Shown here piece by piece: positions 1 to 8,557 of a stretch of 64,000 bases of DNA (its first letter is position 1; every line of letters starts with the position of its first letter). The translations under genes were made by a program, and so were the position numbers. This stretch comes from Acidobacteriota bacterium (GTDB lineage Bacteria > Acidobacteriota > UBA890 > WLXD01). The notes below the pieces were generated by a model. That model made no database searches. It saw nothing but the letters and a program-made list of their open reading frames with translations, and was not told the origin of the DNA. The stretch spans positions 832,001 through 896,000 of the forward strand of contig CBDBHB010000009.1 of NCBI GenBank assembly GCA_965205505.1. Direction: 5' to 3'.

Positions 1-2
1 GC

Positions 3-1154
3 ACCTCGCACGCGGCGATCGTGGCGCGCGAGATCGGTGTGCCATGCGTGGTTGGCGCCGCCGATGCCACCACCGTGCTCGCTGAGCACGAAGAGATCAC
101 CGTGAGCTGCATCGAAGAGCAGGGTTTCGTCTATTCGGGGCTGCGGAGCTTCGAGCACGAGGTGATCGATCTCGCCGCGATCCCGCAGACACGCACCGAC
201 GTGATGGTGATTGTTGGCAACCCGTCGCGCGCCATTCAGCAGGCGCGGCTTCCGACTCGAGGCGTGGGCCTGGCGCGACTGGAGTTCATCATCGCCAGCC
301 AGATCGGCATCCATCCACGAGCGCTGCTGGAGCCCGAGCAGCTGAGCGACGAGGAGCGCGTGGCCATCGGCGAGCGCACCAGGGCCTACGAGTCGGGCCG
401 CGAGTACTTTATCGATCGGCTCGCCGACGGTGTGGCGATGATCGGTGCCGCCTTCCACCCTCACGACGTCATCGTGCGGCTGTCGGATTTCAAGTCCAAT
501 GAGTACCGAGGTTTGCTCGGCGGCCGTCACTTCGAGCCGCATGGGGAGAACCCGATGCTCGGATGGCGTGGTGCCTGCCGCTACATCAGCCCCGAGTATC
601 GCGAAGCGTTTCGCCTGGAGTGTGAGGCGCTCAAGCGCGCCCGCGAGCAGATGGGCCTGCCCGACATCAAGGTGATGGTGCCCTTCGCCCGCACCGTGCC
701 CGAACTCGAGGCAACGATCGAGCTGCTGGCCGAATTCGGCCTCCGTCGCGGCGATGCCGGCCTGGAGATCTACATGATGGTCGAGGTGCCCTCCAACGTG
801 ATCCTGTTGCGCGATTTCGCCCAGCACGTCGACGGGCTGAGCATCGGCAGCAACGACCTGACGCAGTTGGCACTCGGGCTGGATCGCGACGCCGGCGGTG
901 CTGTGGCCCAGATCGGCGACGAGCGCGACCCGGCGGTTCAGGCGATGTTGCGCATGGCGCTTCGCACGGTTCGCGAGTTGCGCGAGGAAGGCCAGCAGAT
1001 CCGCATCGGTATCTGCGGGCAGGCACCGTCGGACTTTCCCGAAATCACCCGTCTCTTGGTAGCGGAGGGCATCGACAGCATCTCGGTGACTCCCGATGCG
1101 GTGGTGCAGACGATTCTCACGGTTGCCGAGGTCGAGGACGCGGATTACTCCTAG
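3..1154 (+). CDS. ppsA: Phosphoenolpyruvate synthase, C-terminal part (5' end outside window)
   Basis: Phosphohistidine motif TSHAAIVARE at the window start; GVGLARLEF, RLSDFKSNEY, ENPMLGWRG, SIGSNDLTQL and GICGQAPSD motifs. Confidence 0.95.
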   Translation, partial: TSHAAIVAREIGVPCVVGAADATTVLAEHEEITVSCIEEQGFVYSGLRSFEHEVIDLAAIPQTRTDVMVIVGNPSRAIQQARLPTRGVGLARLEFIIASQIGIHPRALLEPEQLSDEERVAIGERTRAYESGREYFIDRLADGVAMIGAAFHPHDVIVRLSDFKSNEYRGLLGGRHFEPHGENPMLGWRGACRYISPEYREAFRLECEALKRAREQMGLPDIKVMVPFARTVPELEATIELLAEFGLRRGDAGLEIYMMVEVPSNVILLRDFAQHVDGLSIGSNDLTQLALGLDRDAGGAVAQIGDERDPAVQAMLRMALRTVRELREEGQQIRIGICGQAPSDFPEITRLLVAEGIDSISVTPDAVVQTILTVAEVEDADYS

Positions 1155-1429
1155 TGCTCCTGATCATAAGTACGGTGACGTTTGTGGCGCGCGCGAGCGG
1201 GGCGAATTGTAGGAGCGGCGACGAGGGCGATGCTGGGTGTATCGTCGAGGCGCCGCGACGCCCAAGGTGGCCGGTCCCGCGGCCACCCGGAGGGCAGGAG
1301 CGATATGCGGGCGATCTCGGCGTCAGGGCTCGTCGAGGATGGCTAAGGCATCGCCTTCCTCACCCTTCCTTGATCTCGCCCGCATCTCGCTCCTGCAAAC
1401 GTCACCGTACTTATGATCAGGAGCACTAG
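1151..1429. mobile_element. Complete bipartite MITE-like element (279 bp) with perfect 34-bp terminal inverted repeats bounded by CTAG
   Basis: 1151-1184 ctagtgctcctgatcataagtacggtgacgtttg is the exact reverse complement of 1396-1429. Two internal hairpin modules meet at ccggaggg (1287-1294). The left CTAG contains the ppsA stop. No transposase is encoded. Confidence 0.9.
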
Positions 1430-1435
1430 TCCGAG

Positions 1436-1459
1436 CACACTTCCACCACGGCCCGCTAG
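1436..1459 (+). repeat. Solo element end of the CCACACTTCCACCACGGCCTGCTAG family
   Basis: cacacttccaccacggcccgctag, one mismatch to the copy at 20974-20997; lies 6 bp from the MITE right end. Confidence 0.8.
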
Positions 1460-1491
1460 GGGAGGGATGGCCTGGGAGGGCCTGAGTTCAC

Positions 1492-4400
1492 GTGCCGCTG
1501 AAGCTGATTCGCGCCCCCTCCACCCGCACCCTGTGGGATACCTGTGTCGATCGCTTTCTCGACGAGGTGGGGGATAACCCCGGTCCCTCGGGCTTCGCGG
1601 CGCACCTCTGGGTAACGCACCGCAATCAGCGGGACCTGCTGCTGGAGCGCGCCGCGGCACGTGGCGTGAACGGGTGGCTGGGGCCGCCGATCACAGACTT
1701 CCGTGATCTGCATCGGCGCTTCGATATCCGCGGCAAGCCCGTCGGGCTGCTGACGCGCCGGCGATTGATCAGCCGCGTGGCCAGGCGGATCGGTCGGCAG
1801 GTTGGGCTGACCGACCCGAGCCACACCGACGGGGTGGTTCGCGGCCACATGCTCGATGCGCTGTTCGGTGAGTTGTTGCCAGAGGGCGTCGACCCAGTGC
1901 GGTTGGAGGGTGCTTTGGCGAGCGTCGGCGACGACGCCTTCGCGCGTCGGCGCAACGAGTGGATCGTCAGCGCCTACTCCACCTACCTGGCAGAGCTAAG
2001 CGAGCGTGAGTTGTTCGACATGCGCTCCAGCTGGGCGGCGATTGCTGCTCGTGTCGACGAGGGCGCCCTGGTGGAGGCGCTGGGCGGTGCAACACGTCTT
2101 TATCTGTACGGGCTCTACATGACGCGATCGCGTCGGCGCCTTCTAACGTCGCTGGCGGTGCAAGGTGATGTGGATGTTCAGCTCTTCGTGCTCGGGGAGC
2201 CGGAGGCCGAGGAGCTGTGCGAGCTGAGCGACGATCTCGAGGACATCCCCGGCGCCGCGTCACCTCCTGCTTGTGTCCAACCGGCTCCCGACACGCAGCG
2301 CGAGCTCGCCTGGATCGCCCGCGAAGTGAAGAGCTTGCTGGTGCGCGGCGACGTTCGCCCGCACCAGATCGCGGTCGTCGCACGCAGCGGACACGAAGAC
2401 ACCGGTCGAGCCTACAACGCGCTACGAAGCGCCGGTGTTCCGTGTACGGCGGTGATCCGGTCGCGCCTGACGGAGATCGGCGCGCTCAAGGCGCTGCTGT
2501 TGGCGTTCCGGGGCGCCGCCTCGGGATGGAGCTACCGTGCCCTGCGCGCCGTTCTTGACAACGCCTACTACGAGATCGATATCGACCTGCGCCCGATCGA
2601 CCACATCGCCACGCAGCGCCGCGTCGCCGGCCTCGATGCCTGGCAACGGCGGCTCAGCGAGCTCGCCGAGAACGTGCCGCACGCTAAGCGATCCACCTGG
2701 GGTACGGGGTTGGCGCGGCAGCGCTTGCGACAGGACGTGGTGCGGTTCGCGTCGCTGCGTGTCGTGCTCGAGGAGCTCAGCACGCCGCGCAGCGAGGGGG
2801 CATGGATCGAGCTGACGCTGACCTTGTTGCGCCACGGACTGTTCGAGCTGCGTCGCCGCGTATGTGAGCCGGTGGCTGGACGCTGGGACGTGGTTCGCCT
2901 GGACCAGCGGGGCCTGGTGCAGACCGAGAATCTACTGCGCGAATGGGCGACGCTCGATCACCCTGATACTCCGCTCGGCGCCGACGAATGGTACGAGCTA
3001 CTGCAAAGACTGCTAGAGGCGAACGAGCTCAGCATCACCACCCCGATGCACAAGGGCGTGCAGGTGCTCGAGGCGCACGATGCAGCGCTCACGCCGTTCC
3101 GTCAGGTGTTCGTGATGCATGCCAACGACGGCGCCTTCCCACAGCGTGCCTCTGCTGGCGGCGTGCTGTCGAACGAGGAACGCCTGCAGTTGCGCGAGCA
3201 GCAGGGGCTGCCGCTGGCGCATCGCGAGCTTGCGTTGCGGCGCGAGCGGGCGTTATGGCGTGCCGTCACCGGAGCAGGAGACGTGCGGATCACCTATCGA
3301 AGCGCCGACCCGACGGGTACGCCGTTGATGCCGTCGCTGATGGTGCCGCCACACGATCCCGGGTCTGGGCTGCCGCGTACACGCGACCTCTGGGACGACC
3401 CGGCTACCGCGGCGCAAGCGAATCGGCTCGCGGCGCACCGCTTGTTCGATGGTCGCACCGAAGGTTCGATCGCGCCGGCCTCGGAGGAGCTCGTCCGCCA
3501 TGCGGTTCTCGTTGCGGTGGCGGAGTCGCATCGCGACACTGGCCATGAGGCGCTGCATTCAGCGCACCCGGCGTATCGGCCCAACGCGTGGAATGGCGAG
3601 TTGCGCGATCCGCGTGTGCTGGACTGGCTGGCGTCGCGTTTCAACGAGCAGACCATGTGGTCGGCCAGCGCGCTGGAGACCTACGCGAGGAACCCATTCA
3701 TGTTTCTCGTCAAGAGGATCCTTCGTCTCGACGAGGTCGTTGAGGCCGAAGAGGAGACCACGCCGCTGGTGTTCGGCGCCGTGGCGCACGATCTGCTCGA
3801 ACGCTTCTACAGCCTGTTGAAGGACGATGTGCCGCCTAGCTTCGACCGCCGCGCGGAAGCTGCGTTCACCGAGGCGGCTGCCGAAGTCATTGTCGATCGT
3901 GAGATCAGCGATGAATGGACCGGCGCGCCGCTTCTCTGGCGCCAGGAGTGCGAGGCGATCCTTGTTCGCGTTCGCGAGTATCTCGCCTGGGAGCTTGGCC
4001 ACTTGGCAGAGAAAGGCGAGCGGCCGTTCCTCATCGAGTACAACTTCGGTGACGACGGCGGGGTGCTCATAGAAGGTATGGATGTGGAGGACCGGCCGGC
4101 CTGGCTGCGGCTGCGCGGGCGCATCGATCGCGTCGACCTTACCGGGGCCGGTCCGCCGGGTCCGGAGGGCCCCGCCACGTCGAACGTCCTGGACTACAAG
4201 AGCGGCAAGACTCCCAGCGCCAACGACTTCGTCGACGGCACCGCGCTCCAGGCGCCCCTCTACATGCAGGCGCTCGAGAACGCCGGTCATCACGTCGGCA
4301 TCGGATTCTACCGGTCGCTCAAGAAGGGCGGCGGCAAGTACACGCAGTACGCTGGCAAGATCCGCCGCAACGAAGCCAAGTACGACGTGGCGCTGCAGTT

Positions 4401-4548
4401 TGCGCTTAGCATCCCGGGCCGTATCCGCGCCGGAATGTTCGAGCCGGTGCGTTCGCTGCGGGCAGGCCGTTGGCCGGCATACGAGCCCGATCGCGGCATC
4501 GCGCGAAGCGCGGCGCAGCTTCCCGAGGGAAGCCGCTTCGATGCCTGA
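1492..4548 (+). CDS. addB: AddB/RexB-like subunit: inactive helicase-like region plus C-terminal PD-(D/E)xK nuclease
   Basis: IAVVARS, WSASALETY, FGAVAHDLLE, LRGRIDRVD and VLDYKSG motifs; overlaps the downstream UvrD-type helicase by 8 bp. Confidence 0.85.
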   Translation: MPLKLIRAPSTRTLWDTCVDRFLDEVGDNPGPSGFAAHLWVTHRNQRDLLLERAAARGVNGWLGPPITDFRDLHRRFDIRGKPVGLLTRRRLISRVARRIGRQVGLTDPSHTDGVVRGHMLDALFGELLPEGVDPVRLEGALASVGDDAFARRRNEWIVSAYSTYLAELSERELFDMRSSWAAIAARVDEGALVEALGGATRLYLYGLYMTRSRRRLLTSLAVQGDVDVQLFVLGEPEAEELCELSDDLEDIPGAASPPACVQPAPDTQRELAWIAREVKSLLVRGDVRPHQIAVVARSGHEDTGRAYNALRSAGVPCTAVIRSRLTEIGALKALLLAFRGAASGWSYRALRAVLDNAYYEIDIDLRPIDHIATQRRVAGLDAWQRRLSELAENVPHAKRSTWGTGLARQRLRQDVVRFASLRVVLEELSTPRSEGAWIELTLTLLRHGLFELRRRVCEPVAGRWDVVRLDQRGLVQTENLLREWATLDHPDTPLGADEWYELLQRLLEANELSITTPMHKGVQVLEAHDAALTPFRQVFVMHANDGAFPQRASAGGVLSNEERLQLREQQGLPLAHRELALRRERALWRAVTGAGDVRITYRSADPTGTPLMPSLMVPPHDPGSGLPRTRDLWDDPATAAQANRLAAHRLFDGRTEGSIAPASEELVRHAVLVAVAESHRDTGHEALHSAHPAYRPNAWNGELRDPRVLDWLASRFNEQTMWSASALETYARNPFMFLVKRILRLDEVVEAEEETTPLVFGAVAHDLLERFYSLLKDDVPPSFDRRAEAAFTEAAAEVIVDREISDEWTGAPLLWRQECEAILVRVREYLAWELGHLAEKGERPFLIEYNFGDDGGVLIEGMDVEDRPAWLRLRGRIDRVDLTGAGPPGPEGPATSNVLDYKSGKTPSANDFVDGTALQAPLYMQALENAGHHVGIGFYRSLKKGGGKYTQYAGKIRRNEAKYDVALQFALSIPGRIRAGMFEPVRSLRAGRWPAYEPDRGIARSAAQLPEGSRFDA

Positions 4549-7500
4549 GCTGCGCTGGACTCCGCAGCAGGCGCGCGCCATCACCGCCGCCGGAAGCACG
4601 TTGTTGGAAGCCAACGCTGGCACCGGTAAGACCGCCACCGTGATCGGCAAGATCCAGTGGCTGCTGGGACTCGCCCTGCCACCGGATCGGGAGGGCAAGA
4701 TGCTGCCGCCGTGCGCGCAGCCCTGCGACCTACATGAGATTGCCGCCATCACGTTCACCGAGAAAGCAGCCTACGATCTCAAGCGCAAGCTGCGCGAGGT
4801 GATCGAGGAGTCGGAGCGCGCCGACGAGCTACGCTGGCAGATCGACCGCGCCTCCATCGGCACCATTCACTCGTTTTGTGCCGAGCTGTTGCGCGACCAT
4901 GCGCTGCGCCTCGGCATCGATCCGACATTCGGCGTGCTGGATTCGCGCCAGTCATGGGCCGCCCAGGACGACATCATCCGCGGGGTGATCTACGAAGCGT
5001 TAGAGGCCGAGGATCCCGGAACTGGCGATCTGTTGCGCATCCACAAGTTGAGCGGCTGGCAGCACACGAACGGAGCCATCGACCACGTGCGCAAGCTGAT
5101 GAGCGACCTTCGCTGGCATGGCGACCGTTACACGGCGTGGAAAAGTGATGGCCGCCTCGATCGTCAAGCGCTACGCGCCCTCGCAGGCGTCTGGGACGAC
5201 GCCACCGACGAGGCGGTGCTTGCCCACTGCGATTCCCTACTGCGCTTGGCGAGCAGCGCCCTGACACGCTGGGAGGCACACCTGGTAGGCGAGAATGTGC
5301 GCGACTTCGATTCGCTCATTCTCGATGCTCGTACGCTGCTCACCGGCGACGATGGTGGGGCGGCGCTCGAGAGCATCCGGCGTCGATATCGGATCCTTGT
5401 CATCGACGAGCTCCAGGACACCGATTTCGCACAACGCGACATCGCGTTCGCCATTGCCGGGCTGGACCGAGGGCATGCTTTGCCGCGGCCGCAGCTGTTT
5501 CTTGTGGGCGACCCGAAGCAGAGCATTTACCGGTTTCGCGGCGCTGATATCTCGGTGTGGAACGGGGTGCGGGAGGCGATTCGTACCGAGGGAGAGGTGA
5601 TGCAACTGTCGGAGAACTTCCGCTGTGCGCCGCCCATCATCGGCCTGGTGAACGACGTGTCGGCCGCCGCCATGGCCGACGTCGGGCTTGCTCTTCAGGT
5701 CGAGAGTCCGGGGAGCGTGATCGCCTACAGCGAGCTGGTCGCAGCTCGCGCGGAGACGCCCACGGCTCGGCTCGAGTGGTTGGTGGCGGACAAGACCGGT
5801 GGCCGCGGCAAGAACGATCCGCAAGCCGAGGCAGCGCAGGTGGCCGCCCGCATCGAGGAGATGGTTGGGGTCGAGACCGTGTTGGAGGGAGGCTCGGAGG
5901 CGGAGCGCCCCATTGCCTATCGCGACATCGCCGTGCTGTATCGGAGCCGCGCAACGCTGCGTTACTTCGAGGCGGCGCTGGGACGCCGGCGGATTCCCTA
6001 CACCATTGCCGGGGCGCCGCACCTCGGCGACCGGCAAGAGATTCTCGACCTCCTGAACGCTCTGCGCTTGATCCGCAACCCGCACGACGATCTGCGGGCA
6101 TTCGGGTTCCTGCGCTCGCCGTTCGTATGCCTGCGCGATGAGGTTGTAGCTCACATTCGGCTCGAGGCGCGCGGGCCCGATTTGCTCCGCCAGTGTGAGC
6201 AATACCTGCGCCAAGGGGAGTGGTACGAGGCCCCTGAGCACGACCAGATCAGCAGCCTCGAGCGCCGAGCGCTGGAGCGTGGTCTCCAGGCGTTGCGCCA
6301 GGCCCGCGCGCTGGTGCATCGCGCGCCGCTGGACGAGGTGCTGTCGCGCTTGCTCGACGACACTGGCTACCGTCTGCACCTGCACATGCGTCGGCGTCGC
6401 GAAGAGCAGCTGGCCAACATCCAGAGCTTTATCCAGTTCACCGAGGCGTACCGAGATCTCGACATCGGGACGTTCCTCGAGGTCTGGGACCGCTGGGACG
6501 AGCAGGACAATGGCCTGCCGCAGGCGCCGCTCTACAGCAACGAGGATGACGTCGTGACGCTGACGACCATCCACCGCGCCAAGGGGCTGGAATGGCCGGT
6601 GGTCTTCCTGGTGGGCATCGGCCGGAAGCTGGGCCACGATCCTTGGGGAAGGTTCTGGAGCGACCGCGAGCTCGGCCCGCTGCTCAACCCTCCCAGGTCC
6701 GATCGCGGCGCGCGCGCGCAGCGAATACACGATCGCGAGCGACTCGAGGATCGGGCCGAGGAGGCGCGACTGCTCTACGTGGCCATCACCCGCGCGCGCG
6801 ATCGACTGTTGGTGGTTGGGGCACACGAGGACAACAGCTATGCCGCCTGGCTGCGGCACGGTATTGACCGCAATCCGGTGTTCGTCCGCGAGGAGCCTGC
6901 CTCCGAGCCGCCGCTCGACCCAGCTTCGTTGGTCAGCCTCGGTTGGCTCGACGGCATGCGCGTTGAAGAGCCCGATCACCTGGTAGCGCCGATCGCCGAG
7001 CCTCCGCCTCGCTTCGTGCAGTCGGCCACTGAGCTCATGATGCGCGAACGGGACGAAGACGAGTGGGAGCGCCGCTATCGACATGGTGTACAGGCGTCGA
7101 GCGAGTTCGTGATGCAGCCGGCCGACGGAGAGCCGGCGCTAAAGCCAACTGTGCGCGGCACTTTGATCCACGGGGTGCTCGAGCGCATCCAGCAGGAAGA
7201 CGAGCTGGCCGCCATTCTCGAAGAAACCATCGGCGGGCTCGACGATCCCGAGCTCGAACGGTTCATGAGCTCCCACTCGCGCTACCGGGCGGCGCTCGAA
7301 GACGAGATCCGCAGAATCGTACGTTCCGACGCCTGGAAGTGGTACGTCGAGGGCGAGAACTACCGGGAGCTGAGCTTCTTGCACCTACGCGCGGCACGCG
7401 ACTGGCGAGTCGGGGCCTTCGATCTGTATCGCCCCGGCGACCCCGACACCTGGGTGGTCGACTTCAAGACCCACGAGATCGGTGCCGACGAGGTGGCCGC

Positions 7501-7663
7501 GGTCGCTGCGGGTTATCGGATTCAGGCGCAGGTCTATCGACAGGCGGCGCAGGTTGCCGGGCCGGCGCGGGTCCGGTTGCACTTCACCGAGCCCGGCAAG
7601 CTCATCGACGATCTCGGCGTCGAGTCGTCCCGCGACGGGAAGGAGCAGGGAACGCTCTTCTAA
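4541..7663 (+). CDS. addA: AddA/RexA-like UvrD helicase-nuclease (start reassigned to ATG 4541, MPELRW)
   Basis: Walker A ANAGTGKT, AITFTEKAA, IDELQD, GDPKQSIYRFRGA, TIHRAKGLEW, LLYVAITRAR; C-terminal nuclease GAFDL...VVDFKT. Confidence 0.9.
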   Translation: MPELRWTPQQARAITAAGSTLLEANAGTGKTATVIGKIQWLLGLALPPDREGKMLPPCAQPCDLHEIAAITFTEKAAYDLKRKLREVIEESERADELRWQIDRASIGTIHSFCAELLRDHALRLGIDPTFGVLDSRQSWAAQDDIIRGVIYEALEAEDPGTGDLLRIHKLSGWQHTNGAIDHVRKLMSDLRWHGDRYTAWKSDGRLDRQALRALAGVWDDATDEAVLAHCDSLLRLASSALTRWEAHLVGENVRDFDSLILDARTLLTGDDGGAALESIRRRYRILVIDELQDTDFAQRDIAFAIAGLDRGHALPRPQLFLVGDPKQSIYRFRGADISVWNGVREAIRTEGEVMQLSENFRCAPPIIGLVNDVSAAAMADVGLALQVESPGSVIAYSELVAARAETPTARLEWLVADKTGGRGKNDPQAEAAQVAARIEEMVGVETVLEGGSEAERPIAYRDIAVLYRSRATLRYFEAALGRRRIPYTIAGAPHLGDRQEILDLLNALRLIRNPHDDLRAFGFLRSPFVCLRDEVVAHIRLEARGPDLLRQCEQYLRQGEWYEAPEHDQISSLERRALERGLQALRQARALVHRAPLDEVLSRLLDDTGYRLHLHMRRRREEQLANIQSFIQFTEAYRDLDIGTFLEVWDRWDEQDNGLPQAPLYSNEDDVVTLTTIHRAKGLEWPVVFLVGIGRKLGHDPWGRFWSDRELGPLLNPPRSDRGARAQRIHDRERLEDRAEEARLLYVAITRARDRLLVVGAHEDNSYAAWLRHGIDRNPVFVREEPASEPPLDPASLVSLGWLDGMRVEEPDHLVAPIAEPPPRFVQSATELMMRERDEDEWERRYRHGVQASSEFVMQPADGEPALKPTVRGTLIHGVLERIQQEDELAAILEETIGGLDDPELERFMSSHSRYRAALEDEIRRIVRSDAWKWYVEGENYRELSFLHLRAARDWRVGAFDLYRPGDPDTWVVDFKTHEIGADEVAAVAAGYRIQAQVYRQAAQVAGPARVRLHFTEPGKLIDDLGVESSRDGKEQGTLF

Positions 7664-7665
7664 CT

Positions 7666-7694
7666 CCCGCCACGGTTCCACCACGGCCTGCTAG
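7666..7694 (+). repeat. Solo element end (…TTCCACCACGGCCTGCTAG)
   Basis: cccgccacggttccaccacggcctgctag between the convergent addA and vapC 3' ends, followed by a second CTAG. Confidence 0.8.
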
Positions 7695-7704
7695 CTAGCG
7701 GCGC

Positions 7705-8082
7705 CTACCAGAGTGTGGTGACGCGGTACTCGCCAAACTCCGCGTCGCCGGTGATGCAAACGAGCCCCTCGGTCTGCGACTGCGCGATCAGCATCCGATC
7801 GAACGGGTCGGGGTGATGCGGTGGCAGGTCGGCGGCGCGCTGCGCGTGTCGCGCTTCCATCGGCAGCTCCAGGAAGTCATTCTCGGCGATCTCCGCCTCC
7901 AGGTCGGCGTCGTCGACCCTGAGTCGTCCGAGTCGTCGTTTGATCGCCAGCTCCCAGATGGTGGCGGCGCTGACAAACACCACCGAGTGGGGCTCGGCGA
8001 TCGCTTGGCGTGCCGCGGGCGGCAGCGAGCGATGGTCCATCAACCACCACAGGTAGGCACGACTGTCGAGCAACAACCTCAA
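7705..8082 (-). CDS. vapC: VapC/PIN-domain toxin
   Basis: LLLDS, FVSAATIWELAIK, HHPDPFDRMLIAQ and ITGD PIN motifs; directly downstream of a Phd-type antitoxin. Confidence 0.93.
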   Translation of the reverse strand: MRLLLDSRAYLWWLMDHRSLPPAARQAIAEPHSVVFVSAATIWELAIKRRLGRLRVDDADLEAEIAENDFLELPMEARHAQRAADLPPHHPDPFDRMLIAQSQTEGLVCITGDAEFGEYRVTTLW

Positions 8083-8085
8083 GGA

Positions 8086-8316
8086 TCAATCCGCGCGAAA
8101 CGGTTTCTCGATGTCGTCCGGGAGCGGATCGTCGAAATCCAGCCCGATGTGAATCTTGTCCTGAAGCCGGCCCGGTCTACGTGGCGGCCCCCCGATCGGT
8201 ACGAGGCGGGCAATCGGCTCGCCGTTCTTTGCGATGATGATGTCCTCGCCCGCCACTACCCGTTCGAGAACACGCGAAAGGTGGGTCTTGGCCTCGTGAA
8301 TGTTGACGATCCGCAT
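8086..8316 (-). CDS. Phd/YefM-family antitoxin
   Basis: VNIHEAKTHLSRVLERVVAGEDIIIAKNGEPIARLVP signature; acidic FDDPLP tail. Confidence 0.93.
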   Translation of the reverse strand: MRIVNIHEAKTHLSRVLERVVAGEDIIIAKNGEPIARLVPIGGPPRRPGRLQDKIHIGLDFDDPLPDDIEKPFRAD

Positions 8317-8420
8317 CGCTGGTCTCCCGCGTCTGCGTCGCGTCGGGGGCGGGGTCCAACGCGTAGAGCCCGGGTCACCCTGGCTGCAGAGTGCCCCGGA
8401 CTCTCGAAAGGGGCATGAAT

Positions 8421-8465
8421 CGTTGGTTAGCTTAGCTAAGTCGACTTAGTCAATCAAGACCAACG
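8421..8465. promoter_or_regulatory. Nested palindromic putative operator upstream of the TA operon
   Basis: AT-rich island with perfect palindromes cttagctaag (8431-8440) and ctaagtcgacttag (8436-8449), flanked by cgttggt/accaacg. Confidence 0.6.
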
Positions 8466-8557
8466 CCCCGATTTGTCGAGGGGGGCCCCATTCCGTTCGC
8501 AGCGCATCGTCAGAACGTTCTAGGATCTGCGCTCGGAGCACCCGTAGAATCCGTCCC

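Noticed and set aside
1152-1295. TAG followed by a hairpin as a pyrrolysine or readthrough signal
   Set aside because: The proteins are complete at these stops, no pyl genes are visible, and the hairpins belong to the repeat family.
1154-1429. 91-aa ORF and antisense ORF both containing LLIISTVTF
   Set aside because: A by-product of the MITE inverted repeats; no protein-like features.
4082-4540. N-terminal extension of the 1193-aa ORF
   Set aside because: Overlaps addB out of frame; helicase motifs begin after ATG 4541.
5237-7084. Long shadow ORFs (also 3559-4758, 20582-22648, 30234-31997, 12194-13447)
   Set aside because: Antisense or alternate-frame shadows of strong genes, expected at high GC; no motifs.
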